Notes: generated by a model from the sequence alone, not told the origin. Positions 12,386 through 23,355 are shown, numbered from the whole stretch's first letter. The stretch is 63,302 nucleotides of DNA, filler included, from Octopus bimaculoides (GCF_001194135.2; 4 parts of 4 records of this genome joined end to end with filler, not necessarily neighbours in it); one strand, 5' to 3'. Translations and numbers: made by a program.

Positions 12386-12448
12386 AAATCAGGCTGAAGA
12401 GAAATAGACAGTCGGTAAGATTGTTAAATTTGAAACCGGTACCTGTTT
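12386..12448 (+). ncRNA. Type I hammerhead ribozyme motif (canonical core, palindromic minimal stem III)
   Basis: Stem I CAGG(12390-93)/CCTG(12442-45). Core CTGAAGA 12394-12400. Stem II gaa/ttt plus gacagtc/gattgtt with loop ggtaa. GAAA 12432-35. Stem III AC-CG-GT. Cleavage triplet GTA ending at 12441. Confidence 0.65.
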
Positions 12449-12599
12449 AATAATGTTCCTTTTCGGTGATTTTAAATGTCTTGCCCGCTTACGTTTTGGT
12501 ATCACGCTATATTTCTTGTTGAGAACAATTTAGGTCTTTTTAGACACAAGATGTGATCTATTTCTAGCACATTAAATGTCCAGGTTAGTGGTCAACGTC

Positions 12600-12634
<35 letters not shown>

Positions 12635-12855
12635 NNNNNNNNNNNNNNNNNNNNNNNNNNNNNNNNNNNNNNNNNNNNNNNNNNNNNNNNNNNNNNNNNN
12701 NNTCAACGTCATATATAAAAATATATATATATATATATATATATATAGGTGAAGATAAACTTACTTGGTAATGGAGGTAATGAGTCTATTCAAAAGATGG
12801 TAAAAGATGGATGGTTTTGCCAGGTCGAATAGGTTGCCTATGGGGAGCCGTGCGA

Positions 12856-13285
12856 TTATGTTGCGTGATCGTTTGTGCATTTTTGTTTGTGATAACATTT
12901 AAATGTATGGAAAGAACGGTGATTGCAGTTGCTAAATGCTTCATTATATCGATTAAGTAGAGTGGGAGAATTGTATTTTAAAATATGGAACGCCACCTTT
13001 AGGCAAAGCTTGCAGCTGGAGCGCTGGCCCTGGTATGGAGTTCCAGAATCTAAGATTGACCATTTTAAAGTATATTGGGTATTTGTGCTTTTGAGGTGAT
13101 GAATGTGATTGGCTAATGTTGTAGATTTACTGTTTGTCATATCTAAAAGAGTGCAAATGGGCTGCGTAGCGATGTTTGAAGTTTTTAGTTGCACCTATGT
13201 ATGTAGCAGTAGAGTTATGTAATAGATTTCTCACGGTGCATTTATATATTACGCTGTATCTTACGCAATGTGTTTGAATCGGGCA
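12856..13285 (-). mobile_element. Penelope-like element GIY-YIG endonuclease, 3' fragment
   Basis: CPIQTHCVRYSVIYKCTV...YIGATKNFKHRYAAHLHSF, then after a frameshift STTLANHIHHLK...KWSILD...PY...CKLCLK...LLNR.NE.FSNC.H. Confidence 0.85.
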
Positions 13286-13302
13286 GGTATATACATATAT
13301 TA

Positions 13303-13608
13303 CTCTTTACTGTTTTACTCTCTTTTACTTGCTTCAGTCATTTGACAGCGGCCATGCTGGAGTACCGCCTTTAGTCGAGCAACTGATGCTGGGGGACAAA
13401 CACAGACACACAAACACACACATATATATATACATACACATATATACGACGGGCTTCTTTCAGTTTCCGTCTACCAAATCCACTCACAAAACTTTGGTCG
13501 GCCCGAGGCTATAGTAGAAGACACTTGCCTAAGGTGCCACGCAGTGGGACTGAACCCGGAACCATGTGGTTGGTAAGCAAGCTACTTGCCACTCAGCCAC
13601 TCCTGCGC
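13303..13608 (-). mobile_element. SINE family B, internally deleted
   Basis: Head ggcgcaggagtggctgagtggc...gggttcagtccc (reverse strand) and the family tail. Confidence 0.85.
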
Positions 13609-14322
13609 CTATATATATATATATATATATATATATNNNNNNNNNNNNNNNNNNNNNNNNNNNNNNNNNNNNNNNNNNNNNNNNNNNNNNNNNNNNNNNN
13701 NNNNNNNNNNNNNNNNNNNNNNNNNNNNNNNNNNNNNNNNNNNNNNNNNNNNNNNNNNNNNNNNNNNNNNNNNNNNNNNNNNNNNNNNNNNNNNNNNNNN
13801 NNNNNNNNNNNNNNNNNNNNNNNNNNNNNNNNNNNNNNNNNNNNNNNNNNNNNNNNNNNNNNNNNNNNNNNNNNNNNNNNNNNNNNNNNNNNNNNNNNNN
13901 NNNNNNNNNNNNNNNNNNNNNNNNNNNNNNNNNNNNNNNNNNNNNNNNNNNNNNNNNNNNNNNNNNNNNNNNNNNNNNNNNNNNNNNNNNNNNNNNNNNN
14001 NNNNNNNNNNNNNNNNNNNNNNNNNNNNNNNNNNNNNNNNNNNNNNNNNNNNNNNNNNNNNNNNNNNNNNNNNNNNNNNNNNNNNNNNNNNNNNNNNNNN
14101 NNNNNNNNNNNNNNNNNNNNNNTATGAGTCTTCAAAGACAGTTGATCCCATGAATTCTAAAATAGAATTTAAGATATATGGAGGGTCAAAGTTGGAAACA
14201 AAAAAATAACAGTAGAGACATACAAGGAAACCGAACGAAAACAGACATGGGGTCGTTAGACCGGAACGAAAGGAGAATAGTGAACTCTAGGAGAGACGTT
14301 TTTCGAAAAGAGGAAAGATAGA

Positions 14323-14356
<34 letters not shown>

Positions 14357-14759
14357 CAATTCCTCTGAGTATTGTTTATTAAGAGGCTTCATTTCTCGTG
14401 GTGAAAATGATAAGGGAGTATTTGTAAATGGATACAGAACAAACACCGCTAGTCAATTCCACCCTTGACAACACAACAGACTTTCGGTGCAGTAGATCTC
14501 ACAAAAATTCAAACTACACTATTGTCCACCATTAACAGTTCCGTTATAAAACTCTGACATATACACTGCATAAAACAAAATAAATTAATCTGATTTAGAA
14601 ATGGAATCACAGCCGTCAATGAATGAACGAAAGCAGACACAACGTAAACAAGGAACATCACATAGCGATGAAAGGGCTCGGCAGGCTTTTAAAGATGGCA
14701 TGAAATAATATTAAATGTGCGTGTGTCTGTGTGTGCGTTTGGGTGTATGAGTGCAAGTG

Positions 14760-14998
14760 ATGGCAAGGGACAAACACACACACACTTTAATACATACATA
14801 CGTGTATTTGTGCGCGCGTGTGTGTGTGTATGTATATATATACATCCGATGGGCTTATTTCAGTTTCCTTCTACTAAATCCACTCACAAGGGTTTGGTCG
14901 GCCCGAGGCTACAATGGAAGGCACTTGCCCGAGGTGCCACGCAGTGGGCATGAACTCGGAACCATGTGGTTAGCAAGCAAGCTTCTTACCACACAGTC
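14760..14998 (-). mobile_element. SINE family B, 5' half
   Basis: aatccactcacaagggtttggtcggcccgaggcta...gtgccacgcagtggg...accacacag. Confidence 0.8.
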
Positions 14999-15110
14999 AT
15001 ATCAGAGCCTTATATGTATATATACATGTGTGATGGTGTTTATGTGTGTATGCGTGCGTGCGTGTGTATATACATATACATATGTATATAAATATATATA
15101 TAGATATGTA

Positions 15111-15257
<147 letters not shown>

Positions 15258-16056
15258 ATATATATATANNNNNNNNNNNNNNNNNNNNNNNNNNNNNNNN
15301 NNNNNNNNNNNNNNNNNNNNNNNNNNNNNNNNNNNNNNNNNNNNNNNNNNNNNNNNNNNNNNNNNNNNNNNNNNNNNNNNNNNNNNNNNNNNNNNNNNNN
15401 NNNNNNNNNNNNNNNNNNNNNNNNNNNNNNNNNNNNNNNNNNNNNNNNNNNNNNNNNNNNNNNNNNNNNNNNNNNNNNNNNNNNNNNNNNNNNNNNNNNN
15501 NNNNNNNNNNNNNNNNNNNNNNNNNNNNNNNNNNNNNNNNNNNNNNNNNNNNNNNNNNNNNNNNNNNNNNNNNNNNNNNNNNNNNNNNNNNNNNNNNNNN
15601 NNNNNNNNNNNNNNNNNNNNNNNNNNNNNNNNNNNNNNNNNNNNNNNNNNNNNNNNNNNNNNNNNNNNNNNNNNNNNNNNNNNNNNNNNNNNNNNNNNNN
15701 NNNNNNNNNNNNNNNNNNNNNNNNNNNNNNNNNNNNNNNNNNNNNNNNNNNNNNNNNNNNNNNNNNNNNNNNNNNNNNNNNNNNNNNNNNNNNNNNNNNN
15801 NNNNNNNNNNNNNNNNNNNNNATTTCAGTTACTCTTGTGAGGATATTCACGTAAATCATTCTTTCATTTAATCCCCATTTTAATTTTCGTAAAAGTTTCC
15901 AAGTACCAATGAGGCTTTCTAGCGCATCTTCAATTTTCCCATTCATGAGAGACGTCCAGCCATCATTTATCTGAGAGTCCATCTACAGAATGTCCTCAAA
16001 TTTCTATACAATATATTTTGCTTTTTTTCTTCCAGTATATAATCAACAATTTCATT

Positions 16057-16085
16057 CCCGGGCAACGCCGGGTGCCTCTGCTAGT
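16057..16085 (+). mobile_element. Helitron 3' terminus (body probably extends upstream to the gap at 15830)
   Basis: GC-rich hairpin cccgg-gcaacg-ccggg, 8 nt before CTAG|T, which is the standard Helitron 3' end layout. Confidence 0.6.
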
Positions 16086-16149
16086 ATATATATATGTGTG
16101 TGTGTGTGATGACGTATATTGTTCAATTCTAGAGCGGAAGCTTAACGTT

Positions 16150-17380
16150 AGCTCCAACATAAGACTCTTATGGTAAAAGGCCATCTCTTGGCTCACATCT
16201 TTTAAGTCGTCTCCCTTTCAGTTCGGTGAATAGTCCCACCTCCATCCTCGCAATTCGGATGTGCGGGGGCGGTTCCTTGTTGGTTTTGTAAACCTGGGCA
16301 TTGTAATGATCTCCAATGACTCTCGCTAGTACTTCGTTTTTTGTTATTGAAAGACACAATTTTGTTTTGTGTCTTAGTGTGGAGTTGGGTAATGGGTTTT
16401 AGGAAGGGGATGGTGTGTGTGTTTTTACATGTGTGTCTGTAACTGACTTAGTTGTTTTCTTTGTATGGAGAAGGGAGTCCGGGGCTTGGGCCTTTTTTCT
16501 CTTTTGGGATTTTACCACAGTAAATTCCACTTCTTCATCTGTGTTTTGAGTTGTTTCTTTTGTTTTCTGTTTTTTCTTGTCTTTTCGGTTCTTCCACTGC
16601 TTTTGTTATCCTTGCCGTTTGTTTCTCTTATTCTCCCGCCTTAAACGGTTCTTTTTGGAGAGGGGGTTCAANNNNNNNNNNTTTGTTTCTCTTATTCTCC
16701 CGCCTTAAACGGTTCTTTTTGGGGAGGGGGTTCAATCTTTTTTTCTTTAGGTTTGCATTCAGAGCGGACGTGGCCCTTTTTGCCGCACTTAAAACACAGC
16801 GGCCTACTGCGACTCTCACACTCAGCCCCTCCCCTATAAATACCGTATCGGGCAGCCCTTCTAGGATTTCTGGGGTGGCTTGAATCACAAGCTCAAGGGT
16901 TTGCCCCTTCCAATTTTCAGCCTCTTTTTTTTCTTCATCTGTAAAATAGACATTTTTTCTTCCATATCGTATGTGATGGATGCTGCTACCCAAATTACGT
17001 CGAATCCAGCTGGTATTTCTTCCACAGTGATTTTTGCCGTTCTTCTGTCCAAATACGTTGGTAGCAGAATTATTTCATCGGTTTTTAATATTCTGGGTGA
17101 TAATTCCTTTGCCGTATTCTCGGTAGCAAACTGTGCATTCGACCGTGGCATTCCTTCTACCATATAAGTGCTAGACACCTCTCAATTACTTCATTTTTAC
17201 ATGTTACAATACATTTTTTGTTTATATTATATGTCTTATATACCATCGTTCTCGCAGCTATATTCTGCACAATTTCTTGCGGAGGGAGCAATTTTGTATC
17301 GTTTCCGTTTTTTTTTTCTTATGAGATTCCTATACTTGAACAATTCTGCTATAGTCACCTTTAGCTCTATCATATTATCA
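16150..17380 (-). mobile_element. L1/Tx1-type LINE ORF1 (gag-like) remnant with a CCHC zinc knuckle
   Basis: ELSPRILKTDEIILLPTYLDRRTAKITVEEIP...LELVIQATPEILEGLPD; after a frameshift RPLCFKCGKKGHVRSECKPK (CX2CX4HX4C) near 16750-16805, followed by a Lys/Glu-rich tail. Confidence 0.7.
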
Positions 17381-17385
17381 CCTAT

Positions 17386-17422
17386 AGTGGATTTGGTAGA
17401 CGGATTCTGAAAGAAGTCCGTC

Positions 17423-17454
<32 letters not shown>

Positions 17455-17632
17455 NNNNNNNNNNNNNNNNNNNNNNNNNNNNNNNNNNNNNNNNNNNNNN
17501 NNNNNNNNNNNNNNNNNNNNNNNNNNNNNNNNNNNNNNNNNNNNNNNNNNNNNNNNNNNNNNNNNNNNNNNNNNNNNNNNNNNNNNNNNNNNNNNNNNNN
17601 NNNNNNNNNNNNNNNNNNNNNNNNNNNNNNNN

Positions 17633-17674
<42 letters not shown>

Positions 17675-17850
17675 TGTGTGTTTGTGTCTGTGTTTGTCCT
17701 CCCACCATCGCTTTACAACCGATATTTGTGTGCTTAGGTCCCCGTAGCTTAGCAGTTTGACAAAGAATAAGTCCAGGGATCGATTTCTTCGACTAAAAAA
17801 GCGGTGCTCTGACATGGCCACAGTCAAAAATAACTGAAACAAGTAAAAAA
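17386..17850 (+). mobile_element. SINE family B, headless copy spanning a gap
   Basis: gtggatttggtagacgga...gaaagaagtccgtcgtata...gcggtgctct.catggcc.cagtc. Confidence 0.75.
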
Positions 17851-18036
17851 ATAAAAGATTATATATATATATTTTTACATATATACAAAAAATGCATATC
17901 GGTACCGATAAGAAGTTCATATAGGTCTATGCAATATAGGGGAAACAACTCTGGGAACTTTCGAATCTTCTGTAAAAGAAAAACAATGTCTATACATTTC
18001 TGAACGAGGTATAAACAGTAGCTGCATGACAACGTG

Positions 18037-18244
18037 AAGTATATTTGCCACTTAGATGTGGCTAACCGCTAAGGGTGGGTGCTACTGTAGCTTGTAGCCC
18101 CAGGAGGACACCTCTTCTAGCTGGCTATTTACAGGGCACAGAAAGTGTGTCAATAGCCAGATGGAAGAGGTGTCCTCCTGGGGCTACAAGGTACAGTAGC
18201 ACCCACCCTTAGTGGTTAGCCACATTTAAGTGGCTAATATACTT
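18037..18244. repeat. Foldback palindrome with 93-bp arms and a 22-nt loop
   Basis: 18037-18129 is the reverse complement of 18152-18244 at 87 of 93 positions; three of the six differences would form G-U pairs in the + strand RNA. Confidence 0.95.
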
Positions 18245-19185
18245 TACAATGTCTATAGAATAGTATTTCTAAGTTTGTGTGTGAATAATCTGCCCTTCCC
18301 ACTCCAATCAACATCACCACATACACACATGCAAACACACCCTCATTGAAATNNNNNNNNNNNNNNNNNNNNNNNNNNNNNNNNNNNNNNNNNNNNNNNN
18401 NNNNNNNNNNNNNNNNNNNNNNNNNNNNNNNNNNNNNNNNNNNNNNNNNNNNNNNNNNNNNNNNNNNNNNNNNNNNNNNNNNNNNNNNNNNNNNNNNNNN
18501 NNNNNNNNNNNNNNNNNNNNNNNNNNNNNNNNNNNNNNNNNNNNNNNNNNNNNNNNNNNNNNNNNNNNNNNNNNNNNNNNNNNNNNNNNNNNNNNNNNNN
18601 NNNNNNNNNNNNNNNNNNNNNNNNNNNNNNNNNNNNNNNNNNNNNNNNNNNNNNNNNNNNNNNNNNNNNNNNNNNNNNNNNNNNNNNNNNNNNNNNNNNN
18701 NNNNNNNNNNNNNNNNNNNNNNNNNNNNNNNNNNNNNNNNNNNNNNNNNNNNNNNNNNNNNNNNNNNNNNNNNNNNNNNNNNNNNNNNNNNNNNNNNNNN
18801 NNNNNNNNNNNNNNNNNNNNNNNNNNNNNNNNNNNNNNNNNNNNNNNNNNNNNNNNNNNNNNNNNNNNNNNNNNNNNNNNNNNNNNNNNNNNNNNNNNNN
18901 NNNNNNNNNNNNNNNNNNNNNNNNNNNNNNNNNNNNNNNNNNNNNNNNNNNNNNNNNNNNNNNNNNNNNNNNNNNNNNNNNNNNNNNNNNNNNNNNNNNN
19001 NNNNNNNNNNNNNNNNNNNNNNNNNNNNNNNNNNNNNNNNNNNNNNNNNNNNNNNNNNNNNNNNNNNNNNNNNNNNNNNNNNNNNNNNNNNNNNNNNNNN
19101 NNNNNNNNNNNNNNNNNNNNNNNNNNNNNNNNNNNNNNNNNNNNTACACACACACACTTTACATATTTTTATTATAATTCTTAAT

Positions 19186-19220
19186 ATATCGACCGGTTTC
19201 GCTTTCGCTATTCATGATAT
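19186..19220 (-). ncRNA. Minimal type I hammerhead motif, A3:U8 core variant (copy 1)
   Basis: Reverse complement reads ATATC-ATGAATA-GC GAAA GC-GAAA-CCGGTC-GATAT: stem I ATATC/GATAT, 2-bp stem II with a GAAA loop, palindromic ACCGGT stem III, GTC cleavage site. Confidence 0.65.
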
Positions 19221-19416
19221 TATGGTTTACTTATTTGAATATGTATTTTCTTAAGAAGAAATTTTGTTCTTGTTGTGTGTGATGATATTTACAACCGAAT
19301 GGCTTCACAAGTAGAACAATAAGGGGAGGTAATTGGTTATCGTTATTTTTGTTGTTGTTGTTGTGGCCAAGGGAGATAACTGTTCAGCTTTCAGTAAGGG
19401 GAGGGGAATATATGTG

Positions 19417-19476
<60 letters not shown>

Positions 19477-20247
19477 NNNNNNNNNNGATGTAATCGTGAA
19501 TTGAAATATGTAAAAAAATAAAAGTATTTATGCGTGCGTATTAAGACGTGTTCTGTATTTTTCAATGAAAAAAGTTTCTTTATTTCAACGTTCTTGTGGA
19601 GAGATCGTGTCTTTGCACTGGTGGAAGGGGAAGACTGTGAATTTGGTTTGTTGTTATGTGGACAAAATCTTCCTTTACTAACTAGAGATCCAAAAATGAA
19701 CGACATCCTAAAAACGCACAAACTCATCAAATGCAAAAAAGCAACAAAAATCGCTAAAGAGACTACTAACAAATGCGAAGCTCTACAAAACCTCCACGAA
19801 ACCAACAGTTAAAAATGTGGACGCTCAAACTGCGGAACCTGCCCCAACTTACTCGAAGGCTCGGATTTCCTTTTCAAACAAGGACAGAGGTTCACAATTA
19901 AAACTAGTTTCAGTTGTGCCTCTGAGAATTTAATTTATGTAATAACCTGCTCGGGTTGCGGTCTTAACTATATTGGACAGACGAGTATGACCTTGAGAAG
20001 GAGAACCACTCTACATAAAGAGAAAATCCGTTTCCCACAATACAGGCAAATTACTCTCAGTGAACATATAGAAAAATGTGCACATAACATCAAACCAAAT
20101 TTGCCCACGACAACAACAATAATAACGATAACCAATTACCTCCCCTTATTGTTCTACTTGAGAAGCCATTCACTCGTAAATATCATCACACACAACAAGG
20201 ACAAAATTTCTTCTTAAGAAAATACGTATTCAAATAAGTAAACCATA

Positions 20248-20282
20248 ATATCATGAATAGCGAAAGCGAAACCGGTCGATAT
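20248..20282 (+). ncRNA. Minimal type I hammerhead motif, A3:U8 core variant (copy 2, sense to the host pre-mRNA)
   Basis: ATATC ATGAATA GCGAAAGC GAAACCGGTC GATAT, identical to the reverse complement of 19186-19220. Predicted cleavage after C20277. Confidence 0.65.
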
Positions 20283-20861
20283 ATTAAAAATTATAATAAA
20301 AATATGTAAAGTGTGTGTATTTTCCTTTTTTTAAATTNNNNNNNNNNNNNNNNNNNNNNNNNNNNNNNNNNNNNNNNNNNNNNNNNNNNNNNNNNNNNNN
20401 NNNNNNNNNNNNNNNNNNNNNNNNNNNNNNNNNNNNNNNNNNNNNNNNNNNNNNNNNNNNNNNNNNNNNNNNNNNNNNNNNNNNNNNNNNNNNNNNNNNN
20501 NNNNNNNNNNNNNNNNNNNNNNNNNNNNNNNNNNNNNNNNNNNNNNNNNNNNNNNNNNNNNNNNNNNNNNNNNNNNNNNNNNNNNNNNNNNNNNNNNNNN
20601 NNNNNNNNNNNNNNNNNNNNNNNNNNNNNNNNNNNNNNNNNNNNNNNNNNNNNNNNNNNNNNNNNNNNNNNNNNNNNNNNNNNNNNNNNNNNNNNNNNNN
20701 NNNNNNNNNNNNNNNNNNNNNNNNNNNNNNNNNNNNNNNNNNNNNNNNNNNNNNNNNNNNNNNNNNNNNNNNNNNNNNNNNNNNNNNNNNNNNNNNNNNN
20801 NNNNNNNNNNNNNNNNNNNNNNNNNNNNNNNNNNNNNNNNNNNNNNNNNNNNNNNNNNNNN

Positions 20862-21315
20862 GTGGACACATTTAGAGAAAACTTCTTTACAATTATTTAA
20901 CGTACCAGGTTTTGCAAAGTCCTTAAGATTTCTGGCTCTCTCCGCGATGCAGATTTTGCAACGACCCCTCGCATTAATATATGGGTCTGGATGAGCTATT
21001 ATTTTCCACCTGATATTGGCTGATCCGATAAATTTACAAACTTGGGATGTGGCTATATTCGCACTCCTGGTATATCTCTGATAGGCTCCAGGCTTGGAAA
21101 TGTTGTTGGTAACACCATTGCTGACGCCGTCGACATGGTGCAATGATTCGGCGATGTTACCACTATGGTTATCACTACCGGTCATATGGTTGGCGATGCA
21201 GCTGCCGGCGTTAGTACGGGTGTGGCCAGTGGTAACATATGGTGCGAGGCCGGTCATCCCATTGGTGTCATCCGCATTACCAGCAATGTACCATCCAACA
21301 GCAATATTAGCAGAT
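20862..21315 (-). mobile_element. Open frame ending in a Penelope-type GIY-YIG C-terminal module
   Basis: NIRWKIIAHPDPYINARGRCKICIAERARNLKDFAKPGTLNNCKEVFSKCVH aligns by eye with KWSILDSGTPYQGQRSSCKLCLK...LLNRYNEAFSNCNH at 12856-13100. The upstream part has no recognisable motif. Confidence 0.55.
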
Positions 21316-21779
21316 TAACTAAATCTCACGCCAGTACAATCGCCATACCCAGACTACTTTGAACCCGCGAATTGATTCACGAGTTGAACCACGAATTGAT
21401 TCACGTGTACCGACATCTTTTGTAATGCACATTTGATCTTTGGTCACAATGCATGACAAATCGTCGAATACATTGAATGTCCGAATGTATATAAAAACTT
21501 TCGAAGCGAATGAAGACAAGATTTTCCCCCGACCTGGCGACGTGGGTGTATCTTTATGATCTGGAAACGGAAACTCAATCCATAGAATGACGTCATTTCT
21601 CACTACCATAACCTAAACATTAAAAAAAACAGTAATCGACACGTAAAGTCACTGTGACTGCTTTCTTAGATAACAAGAGTGTTATTCTCATTGATTTTTT
21701 AAAAATACAGCTCTAGAGTACTCACTAATAGCGAGCATTATATTCAGACATTCAAAAAGCTTAGGGAAAACATTAGGAA

Positions 21780-22110
21780 AAATAGGCTGATCAATAATCT
21801 GAAAACAATCCACATTCACCAGAAAAATGCCCGAACATGCACAACTTCTCCAACAAAGACAGATTTGTCAATGGTCCCTGATACAACCCGTACCTGATGC
21901 CCTTCAATATCCACCAGTTTGGTCCAATGAAGAGCAGTCTTCGCAGATAATGATTTGATTAAACAGGCGAAATAATGATAGCTGTAAAGAAGTGGGTACA
22001 ATAGTGCACACGTGAGTTTTTTTCTTTTTCAAAGGGAATTCGAGAGTTGTGTACGAGGCTGGCACAAATACATCGCTTGTGATAGAGACTATATTGGCTT
22101 GTAGGTTTGT
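21780..22110 (+). mobile_element. Decayed mariner transposase C-terminal fragment
   Basis: IHIHQKNAR (like LH.DNAR), PFNIHQFGPMK (like PSDFHLFGPLK) and GIRELCTR/WHKYIACDRDYI (like GI..L..RW.KCI...GDY). Confidence 0.55.
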
Positions 22111-22664
22111 ATAAAGGAAGAATTACTCTACCAGCAAATATAATTTGAACGACTATGTCATTTAATAAAAAGTTATGCTCACTTTTGAATTTCGGTAAAA
22201 TCTCTTGTGTGACTGTGAGTGTGTTGACGGGTTGGGAGAATTGTGTCAGTATGTATGCATACATACACACATCATCTCTTAGAATTTGTCTCCGTCGCAT
22301 AACACTCAGCCATGTAAAAAATGAAGATACATTAGACAATAGAAAATTAGATATACAAAGAGATAGGATTGTTACAGCTGGAAAGACGAAAGTATCAATC
22401 CTGTGAATTTAGTTAAACAACAACAAAAATAACAGCATCAATTACTATTGGCGAGACAATTATTTGCTTTGTTTTAATGACGTTTACAATGAAACTTTTT
22501 CACAGATGGGCACAAATACTGAAATTCAATGTTTGACCAGAAGAGCTTTCTAAAACGAGATTGTTTTAGAAGTGACATAGTAAAAAGCAGAAATGGTAAC
22601 TTGATCACGCACTTAGCTCACTGTTTATGCTTTACTTTGAATATTCAAGACGATCTTGTAAACA

Positions 22665-22735
22665 GAGAGAGAGTGAGGGAGAGAGAGAGAGAGANNNNNN
22701 NNNNGACAGAGAGAGAGAGAGAAAGAGAGAGAGAG

Positions 22736-22795
<60 letters not shown>
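22665..22795. repeat. (GA)n microsatellite
   Basis: Direct reading of the sequence. Confidence 0.95.
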
Positions 22796-23244
22796 AAAGC
22801 TATCTAATTTATGCATTTTTTATATTTTGGTGTTTAACTCTCTTTTATCATATACTTTGCATCGTCAAGCTAGTTGAAGTTCAAATTCCACTGACTTAAG
22901 GTCAGATATATTTGATCAGTCTAAAAGATTCGTGGCTTGGTCTATTTAATAACTTGGTGAATTTATTTAGCGAATTCTTTAAATTACCACGTGACCATTC
23001 ATACATCTAGAAGGTGTCATCAACTGTAGTTGTTGGTGTTGTCATCATTGAAAAGAAGATATCAACTGAACAGAAGTTAAATATATAAAATAACGTTTGA
23101 ATTGAATTTATATTACCTCGTTTTCGGTTGTCAACTCATTATAATATGAGATGAATAAGCATCACATATTTTCATTTCGATCTAGAAACCTAGAAGCAAA
23201 CTGTTTTATGTCTGATAATGTTGACCTATATTTTCTATTTACAG

Positions 23245-23355
23245 ACGGTGACGCCATCAACACTTCCACAGTAGTTTTGTCTTTACTTGGAATGGTCGGT
23301 ATCAGTGGTGCCTTTGGTGGTTTATGGTTATATACTCCTGAAATCTATCCGACCA
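23245..23355 (+). CDS. SLC22-like gene, exon 5 of 5 visible (TM10), cut off by an assembly gap
   Basis: Acceptor ttctatttacag. Phase 1, in frame with exon 4. Translates DGDAINTSTVVLSLLGMVGISGAFGGLWLYTPEIYPT, containing the Y..E.YPT motif. Sequence ends in Ns at 23356; no TM11-12/PETKG exons found downstream. Confidence 0.9.

Larger units (their letters stand above)
19145..20330. mobile_element. Rearranged Penelope-like (Neptune-type) element flanked by inverted pLTR-like repeats
   Basis: + strand 19661-20101: KSLKRLLTNAK, CGRSNCGTC linker, NLIYVITCSGCGLNYIGQTSMTLRRR...SEHIEKC. - strand 19660-19530: the missing endonuclease C-terminus, VFPFHQC...KETFFIEKYRTRLN. About 220-bp inverted repeats at 19145-19370 and 20101-20320. 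Confidence 0.85.

Noticed and set aside
16623-16735. Apparent tandem duplication of about 50 bp
   Set aside because: The copies flank a 10-N gap, a typical unmerged contig overlap. The same pattern occurs at 40650-40750, 48360-48517, 58460-58525 and 12593/12704.
18122-18160. Loop of the 18-kb palindrome resembles a hammerhead (GAAA...GTC followed by the arm)
   Set aside because: No catalytic CTGANGA core and no valid stem II or III; it is a simple stem-loop.
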